Virus record (IMG/VR): IMGVR_UViG_3300045988_122718
Span: 91,170 to 155,169 of that record
Direction: 5' to 3' (one strand)
Source: a virus
DNA: 64,000 bases
Below the pieces are notes generated by a model. The model was not told the origin of the DNA, made no database searches, and saw only the letters and a program-made list of their open reading frames with translations. Position 1 is the stretch's first letter, and every line of letters starts with the position of its first letter. The translations under genes were made by a program, and so were the position numbers. Below, in pieces: positions 18,833 through 24,168 of the stretch.

Positions 18833-18955
18833 TGGCAGGGGTAGCAGGGTTCGAACCTACGATGCGGGAGTCTGGTCAAGGTAGTTGGTACTGCCCCAAC
18901 TAAATTCACTTGAATACCTTGAAAGTCCCGTGCCTTACCACTTGGCTATACCCCT
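18833..18955 (-). tRNA. tRNA-Gln(TTG) interrupted in the anticodon by a 49-nt tRNA-like insert (18873..18921)
   Basis: AGGGGTA..TACCCCT-GCCA; CGGGA-CTTT[insert]GAC-TCCCG; GTAGG-TTCGAAC-CCTGC. Confidence 0.87.
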
Positions 18956-18958
18956 ATA

Positions 18959-19033
18959 TGGTGGATCTGACGTGACTCGAACACGCAACCTCTTCCTTGC
19001 AAGGGAAGCTTTCTCCCATTGAAATACAGACCC
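18959..19033 (-). tRNA. tRNA-Ala(TGC), has G3:U70
   Basis: GGGTCTG/CAGATCC; CTTCC-CTTGCAA-GGAAG; ACCA end. Confidence 0.9.
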
Positions 19034-19194
19034 TTATTTTGTGAGGTAACTACACTATGTATACCTAATGTAGCTACTGGCTTTCAAACTCCCCACCTCA
19101 AACCATTTTTATCTGTCTCTCCTCTTGGCCAACCAGATTTGAGTGATTTGAACGGCGCGCCGTCCTCACATTGATAAAATAGTAAAATCAACAA

Positions 19195-19285
19195 TGGCGC
19201 GATAGGAAGGCTTCGAACCTTCGCACGGCTTTCACCGCCTAGCAGATTAGCAATCTACCCTCTTCAACCACTTGAGTACTACCGC
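19195..19285 (-). tRNA. tRNA-Ser(GCT)
   Basis: GTAGA-TTGCTAA-TCTGC; long variable arm; GCGGTAG/CTATCGC; GCCA end. Confidence 0.9.
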
Positions 19286-19288
19286 ATA

Positions 19289-19492
19289 TTAATCTAATGT
19301 TTTTCCAGTTGCTAATTCAAAAATTAAATTATCAACACAAGGAATGTGCATTACCTCTCTCTCATATTGAGTACGATGTTCAATATCATTAATATAGATA
19401 GGACAATCTTTACATTCTACATTTTCACAAAAACGAACAGCTTTTTCTACTACTTTAGAATTCGCAAATTTTATATATTCTTCCCAACGCAT
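19289..19492 (-). CDS. Small hypothetical protein MRWEEYIKFANSK...; start reassigned to follow GGAGG
   Basis: ORF in track 19289..19504; second ATG has GGAGG upstream. Confidence 0.5.
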   Translation of the reverse strand: MRWEEYIKFANSKVVEKAVRFCENVECKDCPIYINDIEHRTQYEREVMHIPCVDNLIFELATGKTLD

Positions 19493-19508
19493 AAAATCCT
19501 CCATAAAA

Positions 19509-19541
19509 CGAGCAGTTTATACAGTGATACTCAGCACTATC
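19509..19541 (-). promoter_or_regulatory. H-type pseudoknot candidate, copy 4, upstream of small ORF RBS
   Basis: ATAGTG-CT-GAGT-AT-CACTGT-ATAAACT-GCTC. Confidence 0.55.
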
Positions 19542-19593
19542 CGTCTGGGTTCCAATATTAGAACCGTCCACAATTGAGTTTTGACCACCATAG

Positions 19594-19668
19594 TGGAGCT
19601 GATGGAGAATTTCGAAATCTCGACCTAGTGATTACAAATCACTCGCTCTGCCTCTGAGCTACACCAGC
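19594..19668 (-). tRNA. tRNA-Thr(TGT)
   Basis: GCTGGTG/CATCAGC; AGTGA-TTTGTAA-TCACT; TCCA end. Confidence 0.88.
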
Positions 19669-19774
19669 AGATCTCCTCGTCTTTCCGAGGTGTCAATCAC
19701 ACTTTTACATTAATAATCTTAAATTATTCTTTAATAGGAAGATGACGTCAATCTGTGTGATTACCTTTTATGTG

Positions 19775-19843
19775 AGGTCTTAATTGGAATCGAACCAACA
19801 CCTGCCCTACCATAGGGCCGATCTACCATTGAACTATAAGACC
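19775..19843 (-). tRNA. tRNA-like gene with atypical (apparently 5-nt) anticodon loop; identity unclear
   Basis: GGTCTTA/TAAGACC acceptor; GCCCT-ATGGT-AGGGC; GTTGG-TTCGATT-CCAAT; no CCA. Confidence 0.6.
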
Positions 19844-19845
19844 TA

Positions 19846-19922
19846 TGGTGACGCTACCGGGGATCGAACCCGGACACTCCACGGTGAAAGCGTGGTAACT
19901 CTACCAATTCGTCCATAGCGCC
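19846..19922 (-). tRNA. tRNA-Glu(TTC)
   Basis: CCACG-CTTTCAC-CGTGG; CCGGG-TTCGATC-CCCGG; ACCA end. Confidence 0.9.
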
Positions 19923-19929
19923 ATATCTT

Positions 19930-19962
19930 TGGACAGTTTATACAGTGATGTCCAGCACTGTC
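19930..19962 (-). promoter_or_regulatory. H-type pseudoknot candidate, copy 3
   Basis: ACAGTG-CT-GGAC-AT-CACTGT-ATAAACT-GTCC. Confidence 0.55.
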
Positions 19963-19973
19963 ACTTTTGGGAG

Positions 19974-20058
19974 TGGTAGCGGTGGTGGGCTACGATCCCA
20001 CACGTCATAAGACATTGGTTTTTGAGACCAACCTGTCTACCTGTTCCAGCACACCGCC
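19974..20058 (-). tRNA. tRNA-Leu(CAA)
   Basis: GGCGGTG/CACCGCT; TTGGT-CTCAAAA-ACCAA; long variable region; ACCA end. Confidence 0.85.
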
Positions 20059-20265
20059 ATATTAAGCACAACCTACACTGAGCTAGCCTCGCTCACACTT
20101 GCTTTCCCGAACACGTCCCACCCTCGGTTATGCTTTGATATTGTTTATCCTATTTTCACAATAACATATGCCTCGTTCTCTTCTTGTTACTGTGGGTCAG
20201 TAACTTAGTAGCTTTTCTCTTGTGGATAGCACTTATCAATACACCGAGAACCCCAATAGGCGGCA

Positions 20266-20342
20266 TGGTTGCGTGAGGTTAGATTTGAACTAACGATCTT
20301 CAGCTTATGGGGCTGACGAGATGACCACTTCTCTACTCCGCA
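20266..20342 (-). tRNA. tRNA-Met(CAT) with C33 and bulged acceptor stem
   Basis: TGCGGAG..CTC(A)CGCA-ACCA; TCAGC-CCCATAA-GCTGA; GTTAG-TTCAAAT-CTAAC. Confidence 0.75.
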
Positions 20343-20397
20343 GTATCTAGCAGACTATAATGCCGTCTGCTATGGCATCAGAAAGAGGTGTTGCATG

Positions 20398-20550
20398 TGG
20401 TCCCCTACCGGTGGATTGAACACCGAACCTCCCGATTATTGGCCTCCTCAGTAAGTCCTGCCCTTACATCTCTAAATCCTGCTGTTTAGTAGTTCTACTA
20501 TTAAACTATGAGGAGAAGTCGGGTGCTCTAGCCAGTTGAGCTAGCAGGGG
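20398..20550 (-). tRNA. tRNA-Ile(TAT) interrupted in the anticodon by a 76-nt full-length tRNA-like insert (20440..20515)
   Basis: CCCCTGC..GTAGGGG-ACCA; CCCGA-CTT[insert]ATAA-TCGGG; CGGTG-TTCAATC-CACCG. Confidence 0.87.
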
Positions 20551-20964
20551 ATATATAATCCGGCTTTTACGGTACGACCAGTAAGATGGACGCGCTTGAA
20601 TTTCACAATTGCCTAGCGTTTCAGGTACTTTTTAGGAGTTTGGATGTAATACCTTATCCATTCACGCATAGTCCATTAGTACCATGGGCTATAGGACTCA
20701 CTCCAAGTGGCCGGATTCAACTCCCCTGTAAATTCAGGTCTTCCTATCCCCTACCCTTGAAGGATGTTTACCATACTTTTATACCGCTGGCACACATCAG
20801 GCGGCTGTGGTAATGATAGCAAGCGGAGCCGTGCATGACTCCATTTCATAGTGTTTCGTCAATTGCCTTCAGCTCATCCAAGTAATATCAACAGTTAGCA
20901 AATTCTGTCGAGAGCTTATTCTCATCGGTAATCACTTATGAAATTTGCACTACTCACTATCATC

Positions 20965-21041
20965 TGGCGGGAGTAGAAGGACTTGAACCTACGACATCTT
21001 GCTTAACAGGCAAGCGCTCTAACCAACTGAGCTATACTCCC
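20965..21041 (-). tRNA. tRNA-Asn(GTT)
   Basis: GGGAGTA/TACTCCC; CTTGC-CTGTTAA-GCAAG; GCCA end. Confidence 0.9.
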
Positions 21042-21044
21042 AAA

Positions 21045-21121
21045 TGGCGACCCATACCAGACTTGAACTGGTGTCCTCTTGCGTGACAGGCAAGCGTGAT
21101 ACTCTTCTTCACCAATGGGCC
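21045..21121 (-). tRNA. tRNA-Asp(GTC)
   Basis: GGCCCAT/ATGGGTC; CTTGC-CTGTCAC-GCAAG; ACCAG-TTCAAGT-CTGGT; GCCA end. Confidence 0.9.
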
Positions 21122-21239
21122 ATATTATGCCGGCTTTTACGGCATATTTAGCTAGAATATGCTTGAATTCCACAAAAGATGTTTTCTCTATATTAGACAC
21201 AGTTATTCCCCGGTAGAAAATCTAACACCCGCTGCGTCT

Positions 21240-21324
21240 TGGTGGGCCAGGTTGGTGTCAATCCAACTACTCTCGAAGGAAACGGATTTACAATCCGCCG
21301 CGTTTGCCGATTCGCTACTGACCC
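21240..21324 (-). tRNA. tRNA-Tyr(GTA)
   Basis: GGGTCAG/CTGGCCC; loop TTGTAAA; long variable arm; ACCA end. Confidence 0.85.
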
Positions 21325-21381
21325 ATATAACTATACTTTAGTATTTTGTTTTAATGTTTGAGAATTACTTGCCAAGGTCAA

Positions 21382-21514
21382 TGGTGCGGGTAGCGAGACT
21401 CGAACTCGCACGGATATTTCACCGAGGGATTTTTGGTGGATATTGTAGGTACTGCCCCTACCAAAGCACTTGCTATACCCAAGTCCCTTATGTCTGCCAT
21501 TCCATCATACCCGC
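21382..21514 (-). tRNA. tRNA-Leu(TAA) interrupted in the anticodon by a 47-nt tRNA-like insert (21434..21480)
   Basis: GCGGGTA/TACCCGC-ACCA; AGGGA-CTT[insert]AAAA-TCCCT; variable arm; GCGAG-TTCGAGT-CTCGC. Confidence 0.87.
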
Positions 21515-21520
21515 ATATCA

Positions 21521-21551
21521 CAGGGCAGCTTTAAGGTGATGCCCAGCACCA
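21521..21551 (-). promoter_or_regulatory. H-type pseudoknot candidate, copy 2
   Basis: GGTG-CT-GGGC-AT-CACC-TTAAAGCT-GCCC. Confidence 0.55.
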
Positions 21552-21562
21552 TACTTAACTCC

Positions 21563-23116
21563 TTAAGAGTTCTTCAATGCGGCTTCCACCGCATCATATC
21601 TATCACTCATAAGCGTCTCAACTAGACACTCATAAGGATCGGGTTTACCACTCATAACCATCTTGCAAACATTAGTGGAGAATCCGCTAACAAGAGCAAC
21701 ACCAAGGTCATTCTCCTTTACATGAATAGTTCCAGTGCGAGAATTTACATTCCAGAAGACTAGTCTAGGCATCTTATACCCAGCATACTCGAAACGCTTT
21801 TTGATCACATTAAAAAGTCTTGCATTAGGTCTATTAATACCATATCTAGCGGAACCATCACATGTTGCACAAGAGTCAAACTCCATGTCTGAAATAATGA
21901 GTACATTCTTAGGCATATCCTCTTGCTTCATACGACCATTTACCGCAGTAGTAAGAATCAAATCAAACACCTTTTCAATGTTTGTATTCGAACACTCGTC
22001 ATGACCATACGCAACACATAACTTATCTCTCAGAGAATCGCACTGACTAAAATCAACCAACTGAGGTCTGCTAGAGAAAGTAATATATTTATCTTTAAAG
22101 TCTCCAGAAGAATGTTCTGCAAAGTAAATTGCAAGTGCATTTGCAACTTCAAGTGCAGTAACACGGCTACTTTCACCAACGTTACAACACATAGAAGCAG
22201 AACCATCTGCAACTACAATGGTGTTTCCACACTCATTTACTGTATCAGGCAAAGCCCTCCAAAGAGATTCAAGAGTTGCATCATACTTGTTGACATAATT
22301 ATTCCATCCAATTGTGTTAGAATACTTATGTACAATGTCGTGAGGGAACAAAGTTCTAGCATTAATCTTAGTTTCACCATTTTCAAGCTTACTTAGATAC
22401 TCTCTGCGACGCTCCTTATCATTACGAAGGAAAGCTCCGTTATAAATGAGATTTGCACGAGAAGGAACCGTTTCGTACTTAATGTCTCCCCATTTCTTTG
22501 CAGACATCTTACTTTCTACAATGTCAATGTAAGAACGCAGAGAAGAAAGAATCTTACGATACTTACGCTCTGTCATTCCAAGATTCTTGCAAATGTATCT
22601 TGCATCCATCTTAGTTTTTGCAGAAGAAGCATTCACAGAAGGAAGCCACTTTGCAAGAAGAGATACGGGCTTATTATCAGCCATATTTGCAATGTCATCG
22701 GTGAGCTGCTTTTTGATGATGTCAAGAATAACACCATCTACATCTGTTCCAAACAGACACCATAGGTCATCATAACGACCATACTCACTCACTAGAGGAG
22801 CAAGATGCTTAACAATGTCAACGTCATCCTTTACCATATTCTTAAGAATCACTCTGAACAAATGTCTCTCACCAAGACCACCATGAACATCTCTGGCGAA
22901 GAACAGCCAACGTAGAGCCATCATTTTATCTTCAAAATAAGCCTTAGTAAACTTATTATAGATATTCTCCTCACTCATACCACGCATAGAAGAAACTGCA
23001 AAGTTTAGGTCAACCAGTTCCTTACCAGAGGTACGATACCCAAGAGCGCCATTCTCAGTTACTGAATAGTTGAAATCCTCGTTCAGAGTATTCTTTACTG
23101 CATTCATAAAAGACAT
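21563..23116 (-). CDS. vWA/TROVE-like (DUF2828-type) protein; possible Ro60-like RNA-binding protein
   Basis: Alpha-helical N terminus (MMALRWLFFARDVHGGLGERHLFR) plus MIDAS-like TIVVADGSASM; start after GGAGG. Confidence 0.65.
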   Translation of the reverse strand: MSFMNAVKNTLNEDFNYSVTENGALGYRTSGKELVDLNFAVSSMRGMSEENIYNKFTKAYFEDKMMALRWLFFARDVHGGLGERHLFRVILKNMVKDDVDIVKHLAPLVSEYGRYDDLWCLFGTDVDGVILDIIKKQLTDDIANMADNKPVSLLAKWLPSVNASSAKTKMDARYICKNLGMTERKYRKILSSLRSYIDIVESKMSAKKWGDIKYETVPSRANLIYNGAFLRNDKERRREYLSKLENGETKINARTLFPHDIVHKYSNTIGWNNYVNKYDATLESLWRALPDTVNECGNTIVVADGSASMCCNVGESSRVTALEVANALAIYFAEHSSGDFKDKYITFSSRPQLVDFSQCDSLRDKLCVAYGHDECSNTNIEKVFDLILTTAVNGRMKQEDMPKNVLIISDMEFDSCATCDGSARYGINRPNARLFNVIKKRFEYAGYKMPRLVFWNVNSRTGTIHVKENDLGVALVSGFSTNVCKMVMSGKPDPYECLVETLMSDRYDAVEAALKNS

Positions 23117-23151
23117 TTTCTTTCCTCCATTTTTTTGATTTATTTCTAAAT

Positions 23152-23353
23152 CCCAAGACACATTATTATGTACAATCTCCACATTAAAAATTTGCTGTTA
23201 GTGTCTTTGGAGTTTATTCAACGAGACGCCAAAATAAAACCATTAGTAAAAATATCATTTTCATCTTTTTAAATTACTGTAAGCGTCTCTATGTAAGGCA
23301 AGGCACCATCAATACAAATCCATATCATATTATGTAAAGTTGCTGTTAGTGCC
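23152..23353 (-). ncRNA. Three tandem structured elements with shared TAACAGCAA-type motif and covarying closing stems
   Basis: GGCAC..GTGCC; GAGACGC..GCGTCTC; CCAA(A)GACAC..GTGTCTTGG, each followed by (T/A)ACAG(C/T)AA. Confidence 0.5.
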
Positions 23354-23362
23354 TTTTTAAAG

Positions 23363-23479
23363 TCTCCTGACAGGACTTGAACCTGCGACCTCTGGTTTAA
23401 CAGACCAATTAGAAACTTGCTATTTAAGGCTTTTACAAGTCTCGTTATTAAGCGCTCTATCCGACTGAGCTACAGGAGA
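23363..23479 (-). tRNA. tRNA-Asn(GTT)-like gene with about 44-nt insertion between positions 26 and 27; no CCA
   Basis: TCTCCTG/CAGGAGA; GTAGCTCAGTCGGATAGAGCG[CTTAATAACGAGACTTGTAAAAGCCTTAAATAGCAAGTTTCTAA]TTGGT-CTGTTAA-ACCAG; GCAGG-TTCAAGT-CCTGT. Confidence 0.7.
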
Positions 23480-23488
23480 CATATTTAT

Positions 23489-23517
23489 GAGCAGTTTAAC
23501 GAGGTGCTCGGCTCACT
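23489..23517 (-). promoter_or_regulatory. H-type pseudoknot candidate, copy 1, in array leader
   Basis: AGTGAG-CC-GAGC-AC-CTCGTT-AAACT-GCTC. Confidence 0.5.
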
Positions 23518-23519
23518 TT

Positions 23520-23562
23520 AATTTTGTACTGTGATTATACCACAGATTACTTATTTTGTCAA
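23520..23562 (-). promoter_or_regulatory. Promoter for vWA gene/tRNA array
   Basis: TTGACA-17 nt-TATAAT then CACAGTACAAAATTAA. Confidence 0.8.
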
Positions 23563-23676
23563 ATACTTTTTTACTTTTTATTCCAGAGAAGCCATCCACA
23601 AGCAACTCCGAACAAGAAACATACAATTTGTTTCATCTTTACTTCTTCCTTATTATACCATATTCTGCATCATTTG

Positions 23677-24027
23677 TCAAGCATTTTCTCGATTTTTTCT
23701 TGTGCAACTTACTCGATTGCAGAACTCAAACTGCACCGCATTCAAATCCTCTGCAAACTCGTCACACTTGGCATCCAGTGCTGTATAGTACCGATCCAGA
23801 AGCTTTGCCTTTGCCATCTTCATGCCGACAGCAGGATTATACTCATCATCAGGATGGCATACGACAACCGCACGATAAGAACTACTCATCAGGTACTTGC
23901 TAGGATTGAAACACAGAGATTTGGTTTGTCCCATAATCTTTGCAATCTTATGAATAGCGTCATACTTCGTATTTTCAAGAATCGCGATAGTCTTGTTTTG
24001 CTCCGGCACATGTACAAACTTAATCAT
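23677..24027 (-). CDS. Hypothetical protein
   Basis: Co-directional ORF after promoter/leader. Confidence 0.55.
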   Translation of the reverse strand: MIKFVHVPEQNKTIAILENTKYDAIHKIAKIMGQTKSLCFNPSKYLMSSSYRAVVVCHPDDEYNPAVGMKMAKAKLLDRYYTALDAKCDEFAEDLNAVQFEFCNRVSCTRKNRENA

Positions 24028-24168
24028 TTTTTGTTATCCTTTCTTGTTTTAATTTTGTATTGTGATTATAACATACTTTCTTGAACTTGTCAAGCACCTT
24101 TTTAACCATCCCGGTAAAGGTTCTTGCCTCATTCATTGTTTGTATTATAGCACATTAATTTTGTTTTG

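Noticed and set aside
20586-20813. Plus-strand ORF 20586..20813 and many other plus-strand ORFs in the track
   Set aside because: They are antisense to or interspersed with minus-strand features, lack RBSs and recognisable domains, and are likely spurious.
20551-20964. YrlA/Y RNA in the non-coding spacer
   Set aside because: I could not identify the conserved Ro-binding helix by eye; left as unknown ncRNA candidate.
18026-21480. Inserts as group I or group II introns
   Set aside because: At 47-76 nt they are far too small for a catalytic core, and I see no P7/G-site or domain V. The shared acceptor/T-arm/CCA plan explains them better.
19509-23517. Pseudoknots as preQ1-I riboswitches
   Set aside because: The S1-L1-S2-L3 layout is reminiscent, but L1 is only 2 nt and the conserved preQ1 residues are not recognisable; location before tRNAs also argues against it.
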